DNA from: an uncultured virus (IMG/VR IMGVR_UViG_3300022072_000005)
Lineage: Duplodnaviria; Heunggongvirae; Uroviricota; Caudoviricetes
Strand: one strand, 5' to 3'
IMG/VR virus record: IMGVR_UViG_3300022072_000005
Length of the DNA stretch: 56,629 nt
A program made the position numbers and the translations under genes. Within the stretch, counting starts at the first letter, position 1. Every line of letters starts with the position of its first letter. The notes beneath the pieces are model-generated. The model was not told where the DNA came from and ran no database searches. It was given only the letters and a program-made list of their open reading frames with translations. Below are positions 1 to 10,203 of the stretch, in pieces.

Positions 1-55
1 GATTGGTTATACGGTAACGAGTTAGACAAGAACTCAATTAATAAAAAATTAGGAT

Positions 56-880
56 ATGAATCATAAATTAGAATTTGTAAAAATATCTTCAAAACATGAA
101 GTAGGTGGTGTTGGATTTGCTGGTAATATGTTTATCATATTGAGCACATTATCACTTGTGGGACAGGATGAAAAACTTTATATTGATATGAGTAAAACAG
201 ATTGTATCTGTACGGAAAAAGGACCGTTGTTACATAACACAAATAATTGTTGGGAATATTACTTTGACCAAGTTAATATTGAAGGTGAAACCACTAACAA
301 CATGAATAGTTTAGTTATAGGTGGGCTAACATACGAAAATAGAGATATGTATATGTACCCAGAAAATTTCATAGCACTTAAAGAAAAATTTAATTATAAT
401 TTCCAATTAAAATCTTATATTAAAACATTAATAGATGATTTCTATGACAATAATATTAAAGGTAAAGTAACATTAGGTGTTCAAGTTAGATTAACTGATA
501 TGAAACACCATCATAATGTATCACCATTGAGTAGTTACGTTATAAAAATAAATGAAATTTTATTAAAACACCCAGAAATAGAACAAATATTTTTAGCCAC
601 AGATGATAGTTTAGTTATTCCAGAATTAAGAGCTGCGTTAGACGTTCCAATTATTTGTTACGATAATATGTTTAGAGCTGATAAAGCTAATAGACATCAT
701 GACCCACACGCTAGGTTGCATGATACTAGAAAAAACCATAGATATAAATTAGGTATTGAATGTTTACAAGAAATCCTTACATTAACAAAATGTGATTACT
801 TATTGAAAGCAGATTTATCGTCAATTTCTATTGTCGCTAGTATTCTAAGTGAAAATATTAAAACCGTATATAAAGTATGA
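56..880 (+). CDS. NodZ/GT23-like (O-)fucosyltransferase
   Basis: Motifs GVQVRLTD, IFLATDD and LTKCDYLL..SSIS, typical of alpha-1,2/1,6/O-fucosyltransferases. Confidence 0.7.
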   Translation: MNHKLEFVKISSKHEVGGVGFAGNMFIILSTLSLVGQDEKLYIDMSKTDCICTEKGPLLHNTNNCWEYYFDQVNIEGETTNNMNSLVIGGLTYENRDMYMYPENFIALKEKFNYNFQLKSYIKTLIDDFYDNNIKGKVTLGVQVRLTDMKHHHNVSPLSSYVIKINEILLKHPEIEQIFLATDDSLVIPELRAALDVPIICYDNMFRADKANRHHDPHARLHDTRKNHRYKLGIECLQEILTLTKCDYLLKADLSSISIVASILSENIKTVYKV

Positions 881-1563
881 TTTATATAATTGGAGATAGT
901 CATGTATCAGTATTTTCTGGAACCGATAAAGGGTTGAATGGGTTAAGACACATTCAACCAGAATTTGGCACTTGTTATACTTTAAGTGGTGGTTCGTTAA
1001 GACCACACAATGTATTCGAACAGAGAATACCGTATTTTTGTCCAATTAAAATTGGTTCAAATACGGCTTATAATTCATTCGATAAATTACCAGTAATTGA
1101 ACAGGTAATTGAAGAATATGAGATATCAGAAAAAGATTATATATTCTTATGTTTTGGTGAAATAGATATTAGAAACCATATTGGGTTTAATGCTGAAGCT
1201 GAAGATATATTAATAACTGAAGGGATATATAGGTGTGTTGATAGATATATGAAAACCGTAGATTATCTAAATGATAAATACTCTAATGTTGGAGTATATG
1301 GTTCACCACCATCATCACGTAAAGGTGATAGCCCAGTTAAAGAATATAAAGATGAAATTTTTAGAAATGTTATGACAAAGGAATTTAATAAACACCTTAA
1401 ATATAACTGTAATAAGAATGATATTATATTTAAAGATATTTCAGAAAAATTAATGTTAGAAAATGGTAGGACTGACCCTAAATTTATTATGGATGATATC
1501 CATTTATCACAAGAGGTAATGCCGTTTTTAAAAGAAGAATTTAAAGATTTAATAGATGAATGA
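877..1563 (+). CDS. SGNH/GDSL-like hydrolase or acyltransferase
   Basis: N-terminal IIGDSH, central FGEIDIR, C-terminal DDIHL (DxxH); ATGA overlap with the upstream gene. Confidence 0.65.
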   Translation: MIYIIGDSHVSVFSGTDKGLNGLRHIQPEFGTCYTLSGGSLRPHNVFEQRIPYFCPIKIGSNTAYNSFDKLPVIEQVIEEYEISEKDYIFLCFGEIDIRNHIGFNAEAEDILITEGIYRCVDRYMKTVDYLNDKYSNVGVYGSPPSSRKGDSPVKEYKDEIFRNVMTKEFNKHLKYNCNKNDIIFKDISEKLMLENGRTDPKFIMDDIHLSQEVMPFLKEEFKDLIDE

Positions 1564-2368
1564 TAGGGTGGAAATAAATATGATAGGTGGTGGGTTTCAA
1601 CATAGTCCGTCTACATCTGGTTACGAACCATTATATGTAAAATGGGTCAAGGGTAGCCATACAGCACCAATATCTATGCACATCGACTTTCTAATTAAAA
1701 CACCACCAAATCCAAATACAATAAATTATGGTTGGTTATCTGAATCTAAAGACATCAACACTGGGTTATATGAGTGGTGTGCTAATAACTTAGATTTCTT
1801 AAAGAAACATTATAAGTTAGTATTCACACATGACGTTAGTTTAACCGAACTATCTAACATCTTTGCGTTACAAGTTAGTGGTAAATCATTTATCGCTGAA
1901 AGTGATGGGTTGGTGTACCCTAAGACTAAATTGGTTTCCATGATTGCGTCTAATAAAAAGATGTGCCCAGCTCATATTTATAGGCATGAAATGATTGCTA
2001 AATTCAGTCCACATTGTGACCACTTCGGAAGAGGGTTCCGTGAAATACCTAATAAGATTGATGGTTTAAAAGATTATTGTTTTTCCATTGCAATGGAGAA
2101 TGGGACGTACCCCAATATGGTTAGTGAAAAAATCACTGATTGTTTTATGACTGGCACAATACCGATTTTTTATGGCATTGAAAATATAGGTGATTTCTTT
2201 AACACTGATGGGATAATAACACTAAATGACGACTTCAAAATAGAATCATTATCTTTTGATTTATATAATTCTAAAATTGAAGCAGTAAAAGAGAATTTTG
2301 AGACCGCTATGAATATGCTAGTTTCAGAAGACCATCTTTACTTAAAATACATTAAAAATGAAATATAA
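1556..2368 (+). CDS. GT10-family (alpha-1,3-fucosyltransferase-like) glycosyltransferase
   Basis: GT10 signature YCFSIAMEN...VSEKITDCFMTGTIPIFYG. Confidence 0.78.
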   Translation: MNDRVEINMIGGGFQHSPSTSGYEPLYVKWVKGSHTAPISMHIDFLIKTPPNPNTINYGWLSESKDINTGLYEWCANNLDFLKKHYKLVFTHDVSLTELSNIFALQVSGKSFIAESDGLVYPKTKLVSMIASNKKMCPAHIYRHEMIAKFSPHCDHFGRGFREIPNKIDGLKDYCFSIAMENGTYPNMVSEKITDCFMTGTIPIFYGIENIGDFFNTDGIITLNDDFKIESLSFDLYNSKIEAVKENFETAMNMLVSEDHLYLKYIKNEI

Positions 2369-3071
2369 AACAATACATAGCTTAGGGAGTAGATGTCAAA
2401 ATTCAGATATATTAAAACATTATAATTATCGAGAATTTTCAGGGTTTTTTGATTTTATGAATACTTTAAAGGTTGAAACCATTAAACATATTTTAGAAGA
2501 CGATTTCAACGAAATTCTTAAACCTGAAAACAACTTTACCTTGTTATGTAATCAACTAACCATTGACCCAGAAACAAGACTTCCATTACCAACATCGATG
2601 AGAACCAGTAATAAATTTTATGATGCTGACCATACTGATGTTCATGGTGCTATATTTCCACACCACGATTTGAATACTGAAAAAGATTATAATCATTTTT
2701 TGAAATGTAAAAAAAGGTTTAAAAAATTAAAGGATTATAAGACTCTTTTTAATTATTCTTATAATACATGGGAGAATAATCTTACAATTGATGATATGGA
2801 ACATATCGTAACTTCTTTAAAAGAGGTTTATGGGTTTACTAACTTTAAGGTTTGTTTCATAGGAATAGAAAAGGGTTTAGAATCAACATATAAACAGACG
2901 TTAGAATCTGAATTTTATGATAATTGGAGTCTAACAATTAACCTTAGTAGTTTTACAGGTGGGTTATTTGGTAAACCATTGGATAATGAAAATTATATTA
3001 ACATAATAAAAAACTATGATATCGATAATGTCAGAGTAACAAAAGAAGAAATAGATAATTATGAGTTTTAA
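2358..3071 (+). CDS. Putative papain-like protein (DUF1796-like)
   Basis: N-terminal SLGSRC...FDF and later FPHH, as in DUF1796 proteins found in glycan loci. Confidence 0.45.
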   Translation: MKYKTIHSLGSRCQNSDILKHYNYREFSGFFDFMNTLKVETIKHILEDDFNEILKPENNFTLLCNQLTIDPETRLPLPTSMRTSNKFYDADHTDVHGAIFPHHDLNTEKDYNHFLKCKKRFKKLKDYKTLFNYSYNTWENNLTIDDMEHIVTSLKEVYGFTNFKVCFIGIEKGLESTYKQTLESEFYDNWSLTINLSSFTGGLFGKPLDNENYINIIKNYDIDNVRVTKEEIDNYEF

Positions 3072-3654
3072 AGTAGTAACACAATTCGAAAATGAAGTTG
3101 CCGAATTTTTTGGCGCACCATACGCAATAGCGGTGGATAGTTGTACACATGGTATTGAACTATGTCTAAGATTAAAAGATGTGCAAAGTATACATGTACC
3201 AAAACATACATATATTTCTGTGCCATTTTTAGCAAATAAATTAGGTATTAGCTTAAGATGGACTGATGAAAATTGGGTTGATTATTATAATTTAAGTTAT
3301 GGAAATGTAATAGATGCGGCAGTACTTTGGAAAAAAAATAGTTATGTGCCAAATACATTTATGAATTTGAGCTTCCAATATCAAAAACATTTAAGCCTTG
3401 GTAGAGGTGGGATGATATTATGTGATAATAAAAAAGATGCGATAAAGTTAAAGAAGATGTCATATGATGGTAGGTTACCAGATATACCTTGGAGAGACCA
3501 AAATATAGACACATTTGGTTATCATTATTATATGACCCCAGAAACGGCACAAATGGGATTGGATAAATTATCAAAGGCAATTGAAACGACCCCTAGACAA
3601 TGGGTAGTTGAAGACTGGCCTGACTTAACTAAAATGGATATTTTTAATAGGTAA
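3061..3654 (+). CDS. Short DegT/DnrJ/EryC1/StrS-family PLP aminotransferase
   Basis: FENEVAEFFGAPYAIAVDSCT, IDAA, SFQYQKHLSLGRGGMIL (PLP lysine). Confidence 0.8.
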   Translation: MSFKVVTQFENEVAEFFGAPYAIAVDSCTHGIELCLRLKDVQSIHVPKHTYISVPFLANKLGISLRWTDENWVDYYNLSYGNVIDAAVLWKKNSYVPNTFMNLSFQYQKHLSLGRGGMILCDNKKDAIKLKKMSYDGRLPDIPWRDQNIDTFGYHYYMTPETAQMGLDKLSKAIETTPRQWVVEDWPDLTKMDIFNR

Positions 3655-3727
3655 TTATGTTTACTTATTCATATTTTTTATTTATATTTAGTTCAAATAA
3701 AAAATATAAATAAAAAATATAAATAAA

Positions 3728-4726
3728 ATGAGTAAAAAAGTAGCATTTATAACGGGGATAGCAGGTCAAGACGGTTCATATCTTACTGAGTATTTATTAG
3801 AATTAGGTTATACGGTACATGGTATGGTACGTAGAAATTCAGTGGCTGAGAACCAACAAAGTAGGTTAGCCGCTGCTAGAAAAAACCCAAATTTTTACGT
3901 CCATTATGGCGATTTAACGGACCAAACTTCAATTGAAAGATTATTAACTGAAATTAAGCCTGATGAAATTTATAATTTAGGTGCGCAATCTCACGTTAGG
4001 GTAAGTTTTGATATTCCACAATTTACGGTTCAAACAAACGCAGTTGGTGTGGTTAACATGTTAGAAGCGTATAGGCGATTATGTCCTAACGCTAAATTCT
4101 ATCAAGCGTCAAGTTCTGAAATGTTTGGGTTAACAGTAGAAGACGATGGGTTTCAAAGAGAAACTTCGGTAATGAATCCAGTTTCACCTTATGGGTGTGC
4201 TAAAGTCTTCGCTTATAATATGGTTCGTCATTATCGTAGAGCTTACGGATTACATGTAACCAACGGTATTTTGTTCAATCATGAATCACCACGAAGGGGT
4301 AGTAATTTTGTTACTAATAAAGTTGTTAAAACTGCGGTTCAAATCAAACTTGGGTTGGTAGGTAAATTAGAACTTGGAAATATGGATTCATATAGAGATT
4401 GGGGTCATTCTAAAGATTATGTTAGAGCAATGTATAAAGTAATTAATCATGACGTTGCCGATGATTTCGCAATTTCAACTATGGAAACTCATTCAGTACG
4501 TGAAATGTGTGATGTGGTATTTAAATATTTGGGTATGAATTATGAAGATTATGTAGTTCAGAACTCAAAATATATGAGACCTGAAGAATTACCATACTTA
4601 AAAGGTGATTCAACAAAAGCGAGAACTACGTTAGATTGGAAACCAACATATACCTTTAAGGAAATGATGCACGAAATGGTGGACCATTGGATGGATGTAT
4701 TACAAAATATTGAATCCACTAGATAA
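3728..4726 (+). CDS. gmd: GDP-mannose 4,6-dehydratase
   Basis: ITGIAGQDGSYL, NLGAQSHVRVSF, QASSSEMFG, SPYGCAK, NHESPRRG, RDWGH. Confidence 0.96.
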   Translation: MSKKVAFITGIAGQDGSYLTEYLLELGYTVHGMVRRNSVAENQQSRLAAARKNPNFYVHYGDLTDQTSIERLLTEIKPDEIYNLGAQSHVRVSFDIPQFTVQTNAVGVVNMLEAYRRLCPNAKFYQASSSEMFGLTVEDDGFQRETSVMNPVSPYGCAKVFAYNMVRHYRRAYGLHVTNGILFNHESPRRGSNFVTNKVVKTAVQIKLGLVGKLELGNMDSYRDWGHSKDYVRAMYKVINHDVADDFAISTMETHSVREMCDVVFKYLGMNYEDYVVQNSKYMRPEELPYLKGDSTKARTTLDWKPTYTFKEMMHEMVDHWMDVLQNIESTR

Positions 4727-4786
4727 TGGAAAAATACAATTTAGTAGGTTATAAGATATTACAATGGATTTAAGTAAATTAGAAAA

Positions 4787-5764
4787 ATGTCAATAATAAG
4801 ATATTTAAAAAGAAAAATAACTTTACTATCACTAGCATTATCTAGGGTTGAGAAGTCTTCACTTAATCAACACTCAGACGCTTTAGGGAGCGAAGGTACT
4901 GTACATGAAACAATGAATCAAGGTTCAATGGCTGATGCTCTATTAAGGGGTGAAATAACTATGCCAGTAAAAGAACTTAGGTGGCGTTTATATAAAATTT
5001 TGACTGAATCTAAGTCTAAGACGGCTAAGATTACTGGTTATGATTCGGATGGGCTTCCCATAGTTGAAACATATACCATTGAAAAACATAACTTATCTAA
5101 AATTAGTTGTGATGAATTTGATTCGTATGATGTTGAGTTAGTTATTAAAAACGAGGATATTATTAAGTCTACTGTGGAATCATTCGATAATAAAGATTTA
5201 AATGTTTTAGATAAAACTGAAATCGATGATTATGATGAAAATAAAACAAAACACGATTTAATTGGGGTTGAAAATTGGAGTGGTAGAACTTTAGGTGAAA
5301 TTTCATTTGACGATATGGTATCTTCAATGAAATCTAAAAAAACTATTTATGTTAGTAGAGAAATAAGACCTAAATTTGAAATAGAATCTTATACTAAGAA
5401 ATTGGTAATTAGAAAGATTAATGAAACTGAGAGGTTAATGGAATTTTATTTATCACAATACCCTGATGAGTATGATAGAAAAACAAGAATGTTAATTTCA
5501 GAAATCAAAAAAGCTAAACAGAACCCTAGGGCTTCTGATTTATTAGATATTAATAAAGTCGGTTTCATTAGTGATAAAGCAATTGGTTCAGATGATGGGT
5601 TAGAATATGAATATGATATTAAGAAATTTGATAAAATAGTAGAATTCAATGGCCACTACGTTATTAAATTTATTGCTGACGTTACTATTAATGGTGATAA
5701 TATCTTTGAAAAGTATAAATTATCTGAATTAGAGTTAAAGTATGAAAATAAAATGGCTAAATAG
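4787..5764 (+). CDS. Hypothetical protein
   Basis: 325-aa ORF followed by a hairpin. Confidence 0.75.
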   Translation: MSIIRYLKRKITLLSLALSRVEKSSLNQHSDALGSEGTVHETMNQGSMADALLRGEITMPVKELRWRLYKILTESKSKTAKITGYDSDGLPIVETYTIEKHNLSKISCDEFDSYDVELVIKNEDIIKSTVESFDNKDLNVLDKTEIDDYDENKTKHDLIGVENWSGRTLGEISFDDMVSSMKSKKTIYVSREIRPKFEIESYTKKLVIRKINETERLMEFYLSQYPDEYDRKTRMLISEIKKAKQNPRASDLLDINKVGFISDKAIGSDDGLEYEYDIKKFDKIVEFNGHYVIKFIADVTINGDNIFEKYKLSELELKYENKMAK

Positions 5765-5771
5765 CCATTTT
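5750..5771 (+). terminator. Terminator-like hairpin
   Basis: AAAATGGCTA-AA-TAGCCATTTT spanning the stop codon, followed by T-rich sequence. Confidence 0.55.
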
Positions 5772-5836
5772 ATGTTTAGTTTTGTTTTTTTGTAATTATA
5801 TTAAATGTGAGTTTAAGAAAAGACTCACATTTTTTT

Positions 5837-6562
5837 ATGGCAAAAAAACAAAATACTACAACAGTTAGGAAGACTGCAAAAGTAAGTTCGGTAAATGAAA
5901 TTTTACCTAAGAAAGTACAATTAAAATGTAAAAATGTTAAGCAAAAAGAATATGCTACATTAATAAGGGAAAAAGAGATTGTATTCTGCTCTGGCCCAGC
6001 TGGAGTTGGTAAATCGTATGTTGCTATGGCAGTCGCATTACAACTCATCCAAAACACTTCAAACTCATTTAATAGAATATTAATTGTGAAACCAGCTGTA
6101 GAAGCTGAAGAAAGTCTAGGTTTCTTACCAGGGGACTTAAAAGAAAAAATGGCACCATACATGGCATCATCAATTGATATTGTTGACAAAATAATTGGTA
6201 AAGATAATAGATTTAAACTTGAGGAATGTGAAGACTTAATGGTGGAGCCATTAGGTTTTATACGAGGTAAATCTATTGACAACGCTGTATTACTTATGGA
6301 GGAAGCGCAAAACATGTCACCATCTCAAATGAAAACCTTATTAACAAGAATTGGTTACAATTCAAAATATATAATATCGGGTGATATGGACCAATCTGAT
6401 AAATATAGACGAATTGAACAAACTGGATTATATGATGCAATTCATAGACATAAAAATATTAAAGAAATTGGTTTCTTTGAATTTGACGAAGGTGATATCG
6501 TAAGAAACCCTTTAATAACTAAAATAATCAATAACTATAAAATAATTGATGAAGATGTATAA
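5837..6562 (+). CDS. phoH: PhoH-like ATPase
   Basis: GPAGVGKS Walker A, LGFLPGDLKEKM, FIRGKS, EEAQN, LTRIG, DIVRNPL; ATG at 5837 preferred over GTG 5807. Confidence 0.93.
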   Translation: MAKKQNTTTVRKTAKVSSVNEILPKKVQLKCKNVKQKEYATLIREKEIVFCSGPAGVGKSYVAMAVALQLIQNTSNSFNRILIVKPAVEAEESLGFLPGDLKEKMAPYMASSIDIVDKIIGKDNRFKLEECEDLMVEPLGFIRGKSIDNAVLLMEEAQNMSPSQMKTLLTRIGYNSKYIISGDMDQSDKYRRIEQTGLYDAIHRHKNIKEIGFFEFDEGDIVRNPLITKIINNYKIIDEDV

Positions 6563-6613
6563 AAAAAGTAACAAAGTTATTTACTTTATGGAATTTTTAA
6601 TTAAAATTATATA

Positions 6614-7189
6614 ATGAAAATAGGGATAACTTTAAATGAGGTGATAAGAGACTTCATAGGGCAATTTAAATATGTTTATGGTAAATACTATAAGGAAGAT
6701 TTAGAAGACGTTGTTATTGATGAATGGGATTTATTAAAATATTTTAAATTCCCATCAGAAAAAAAACTTAATGAATTTTTATATAGTGATGCGCCAATGG
6801 AGGTATTTGCTCACGCAGACCAATCATACGCAAATATCGGTGCTATTTTAAATAGATTTATCGCTGATATAAACGATGAAGAGGAACATGAGATTATAAT
6901 AATTAGTAGGGATGCGCACAAGGCAATTCCTTCAACATTATTTTTCTTATCTAAGTTAGGTTTTACTGGAAATAACATAAGATTTGTTAATGATACAGCT
7001 AAAAAATGGGACGATATTGATTTATTAGTTACTGCAAACCCAAAAGCTTTAGAAGCTAAGCCTGAAGGTAAAATTTCAGTTAAAATTAATGCTTCATATA
7101 ATAAAAATACTGACGCTGATTATGAATTAGATAGTATTTTAGACTTCGTTGATAACGAAGAAAAATTTAATGAGATTATAAATGATTGA
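6614..7189 (+). CDS. HAD-fold 5'(3')-nucleotidase-like protein, catalytic motif degenerate
   Basis: MKIGITLNEVIRDF aligns by eye with IGIDxDGVxxD; C-terminal ..ASYNK motif. Confidence 0.55.
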   Translation: MKIGITLNEVIRDFIGQFKYVYGKYYKEDLEDVVIDEWDLLKYFKFPSEKKLNEFLYSDAPMEVFAHADQSYANIGAILNRFIADINDEEEHEIIIISRDAHKAIPSTLFFLSKLGFTGNNIRFVNDTAKKWDDIDLLVTANPKALEAKPEGKISVKINASYNKNTDADYELDSILDFVDNEEKFNEIIND

Positions 7190-7532
7190 ATTATTCGGTG
7201 AATTTTATTACATTGATTTCGATGAAATTGATGCGTTTTTATTACTAGGTGATGATAAACAAGAAAACTTAAAGACAACTCAAAAGGTTGAATTATTTAA
7301 TGCTAATGAGGAACGTATAAGTACTGAAATCACTCACAATGAAGATATAAAACACAAAGAAATAAATGGTGTTAGGTTTGACTTGATAAGAGGGTTTATC
7401 GCTGATTTAGGTGATGAAAAAGAAGAAGGTGATTCAGCATTGGGAGCTAATAATTTAAAAGAAACTGGAATAGGATTTAAAATAGCGTTTAACACACTAT
7501 TAGCCTATGACATATTAAAAAAAATGGATTAA
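7182..7532 (+). CDS. Hypothetical protein
   Basis: 116-aa ORF coupled to both neighbours. Confidence 0.75.
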   Translation: MIELFGEFYYIDFDEIDAFLLLGDDKQENLKTTQKVELFNANEERISTEITHNEDIKHKEINGVRFDLIRGFIADLGDEKEEGDSALGANNLKETGIGFKIAFNTLLAYDILKKMD

Positions 7533-7533
7533 A

Positions 7534-8628
7534 ATGGAAGAAAAGAAAAAACAAATGAAAGTTTTAGACTTAATTGAAAAAATAGATAATAAAGACTTTG
7601 GTTTCTATTTTTTCACTTTAGATACTAAAGGCAACCCAACTGCTGGGATTGCAAATATTTATGAGCAAGTAAAAACCTTAACAGATTTAGGTTACAATGC
7701 TTATATTTTACATGAAAAAAATGATTACCATGGTGTTCATGAATGGTTAGGTGATGCATATGCTAATTTACCTCATGTTTCAGTTGAGGAACAAAATTTA
7801 AATTTAACTGCAATTGATTATTTAATTGTCCCTGAGATTTTTGCTAATGTAATGGAACAGGTTAAAGAATTTCCATGTAAAAAAATAGTACTTTCACAAT
7901 CATACACATATATTTTAGAATTATTAAAAATAGGTGAAAGATGGGATTTAAACTATGGGTTTAGAGATGTTATCACAACTAGTGATAAACAAGCAGACCA
8001 CATTAAAGAATTATTCCCTAGTGTTAACACTTACACAATTGCACCGTCAATTCCTGAGTATTTTAAACCTAGTGTTAAACCAAAAAAACCAATTATTTCA
8101 ATTTTAACTAGAGACCAAAAATCTGCTTTAAAAATTGTTAAAACATTTTACTTACAATACCCAATGTATAAATGGATTACGTTTAGGGAATTAAGGGGTT
8201 TACCAAGAAAAACATTTGCTGAGCAATTAGGTGAATCTTGTTTATCTGTTTGGGTAGATGATATTTCAAGCTTCGGTACATTTCCATTAGAATCAATTCA
8301 ATGTGAAACGCCAGTTATTGGTAAAATACCTGATATGATACCAAGTTGGATGGAAGTGGATTCAGCTGGTGAGCAAATTGAATTAAAAAATAATGGTATT
8401 TGGACTAATAATGTATTAGCGATACCTAGTTTAATTTCTGATTTCATGAGAGTTTGGTTGGAAGACTCAGTACCTCAAGATTTTATCGATGGTGTTAAAG
8501 AATCTAAAGATTTATTCACTAGAGAAAAAGAAATTGAAAATATTAAAAATTTATATGGTGCGTTCGTAGCTAATAGAAGAAATGAATTCGAAGCATTATT
8601 AAACATTGAAGAGCAAAAAACGAAATAA
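7534..8628 (+). CDS. GT-B (GT4-like) glycosyltransferase
   Basis: P-x-G-x-x-x-IY start, LIVPE, SSFGTFPLESIQCETPVIG. Confidence 0.75.
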   Translation: MEEKKKQMKVLDLIEKIDNKDFGFYFFTLDTKGNPTAGIANIYEQVKTLTDLGYNAYILHEKNDYHGVHEWLGDAYANLPHVSVEEQNLNLTAIDYLIVPEIFANVMEQVKEFPCKKIVLSQSYTYILELLKIGERWDLNYGFRDVITTSDKQADHIKELFPSVNTYTIAPSIPEYFKPSVKPKKPIISILTRDQKSALKIVKTFYLQYPMYKWITFRELRGLPRKTFAEQLGESCLSVWVDDISSFGTFPLESIQCETPVIGKIPDMIPSWMEVDSAGEQIELKNNGIWTNNVLAIPSLISDFMRVWLEDSVPQDFIDGVKESKDLFTREKEIENIKNLYGAFVANRRNEFEALLNIEEQKTK

Positions 8629-8629
8629 A

Positions 8630-9412
8630 ATGAAAAATGAAATTAGTGTAATCATCCCAGTATTTGAAGTGGATGAAACTTTATTAAGGAATTCAATATT
8701 AAGTGTTGCGGCACAAAAACAAACCCCTGATGCTTTAATATTAGTAGTTAAAGAGAAATCTGATGACCATAAATTAGTTGAAAAATTATCTAAAGAAATT
8801 GAAGGTTTAAATTATGAGATAATTGCGCACAACGGAAATACTAATTTCCAAGCTCAATTAAATTTAGGTGTTAAAGAATGTAAAACCGATTGGTTTATAT
8901 TTTTAGAACAAGATGATGAGTTAGCCAGTATATGGGTTGACAATGTTATCAAATATAGAAGTCATGAACCACTAGTAACTATATTCTTACCTATGATTTT
9001 AGACGTAACACCTGAAGGTGAGTTTATTAACTTTACAAACGAAGCTGTATGGGCTTCACAATTTTCAGATGAATTAGGGTTTTTAGATAATGCCGCATTA
9101 TTAAGATATCAAAACTTTAACATTGATGGTATGGCGGTTTTAAAAGAAGCTTATATGGAATTCGGTGGACTTAAAGAGAGTATAAAATTAAGTTTTATAT
9201 ATGAGTTCTTATTGAGAATGACACATAATGCATGTTCTATAATGGTTATCCCTAAATTAGCGTATAAGCACGTTAATGAAAGAGAAGGTGGTCTTTTTAG
9301 TAAATATAAGAAAGAGTTAACATTAGATGAATCAAGATGGTGGTTAGCTTTAGCAAAAAAAGAGTGCTTTCATATAGTTGATAGGGAAGAGCTTTATGAG
9401 AAAAAAGACTAA
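8630..9412 (+). CDS. GT2-family glycosyltransferase
   Basis: ISVIIPV, NLGVKECKTDWFIFLEQDDE, YEFLLR; ATG 8630 follows the upstream stop. Confidence 0.8.
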   Translation: MKNEISVIIPVFEVDETLLRNSILSVAAQKQTPDALILVVKEKSDDHKLVEKLSKEIEGLNYEIIAHNGNTNFQAQLNLGVKECKTDWFIFLEQDDELASIWVDNVIKYRSHEPLVTIFLPMILDVTPEGEFINFTNEAVWASQFSDELGFLDNAALLRYQNFNIDGMAVLKEAYMEFGGLKESIKLSFIYEFLLRMTHNACSIMVIPKLAYKHVNEREGGLFSKYKKELTLDESRWWLALAKKECFHIVDREELYEKKD

Positions 9413-9418
9413 ATTTTA

Positions 9419-10162
9419 ATGACTAAAAAAAGAGGGCGTAAAAGAAAAAATGGGTTGTATTTTGGGGATGAACAAGAAGCCGCAGTTGTAAGATACTTAA
9501 ATGAAGATGACCCAGCTATTAGAAATAAAATTTATAATGAACACTTAAGAGAAGCATTCAACATTATGGTTGAATCAATTATAAGGCGTTATAAGTTATA
9601 TAGAAAAGACTATTCATTTGAAAATGTACATAGTGATACCTTATCGTATCTAATTTTAAAAGCTGATAAATTTGACACATCAAAAGGGAAACGTGCGTTT
9701 TCTTATTATGGGACTATATGTAAGCATTACATAATAGGGTTAATGATTAAAGACACTAAAATGCTTAATCAAACTTTAGATTTTGATACGTCAATTTCTA
9801 AAGTACATGAGAAAGATGAATTTGTTTATCACTTATCAGACACCGACTATGAGTTATCAGACTTAATTAATACAGTTGTCATTGAAATTCAGAAAGAGAT
9901 TGAAAATGAGGGAGTTGATGGTAATAAAAAAATGACCGAAAACGAAAGAAAAGTTGGTGAAGCTTTAGTTGATATACTTAATAATTGGGAAATCCTTTTT
10001 TCTACCTTACAAGGTGGGTCTAAATTTAACAAAAATGTTATTTTAGCAACTATTAGAGAAAATACAAACCTAATCACAAAGGATATTAGGATTGCTATGC
10101 GTAGGTATAAAACCATATATGAGTTAATTAAGGGTGATAAGATAGAAGAGGGTTATTTATAA
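9419..10162 (+). CDS. T4 gp55-like late sigma factor
   Basis: KFDTSKGKRAFSYYGTI resembles the region 2.3-2.4 signature of gp55-type sigmas (FDPxK...AF.YFT); no clear region 4. Confidence 0.7.
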   Translation: MTKKRGRKRKNGLYFGDEQEAAVVRYLNEDDPAIRNKIYNEHLREAFNIMVESIIRRYKLYRKDYSFENVHSDTLSYLILKADKFDTSKGKRAFSYYGTICKHYIIGLMIKDTKMLNQTLDFDTSISKVHEKDEFVYHLSDTDYELSDLINTVVIEIQKEIENEGVDGNKKMTENERKVGEALVDILNNWEILFSTLQGGSKFNKNVILATIRENTNLITKDIRIAMRRYKTIYELIKGDKIEEGYL

Positions 10163-10180
10163 TAAAACACTATTTTTACC

Positions 10181-10193
10181 TATTTATAATAAA
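10181..10193 (+). promoter_or_regulatory. Putative late-promoter motif (A)TATTTAT, second copy at 10154
   Basis: TATTTATAATAAA occurs twice just upstream of 10204; same motif precedes many structural genes. Confidence 0.6.
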
Positions 10194-10203
10194 CAGACAT
10201 GTT

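Noticed and set aside
1..66. 3' end of an upstream gene (DWLYGNELDKNSINKKLGYES)
   Set aside because: Probably real, but too short to assign a product
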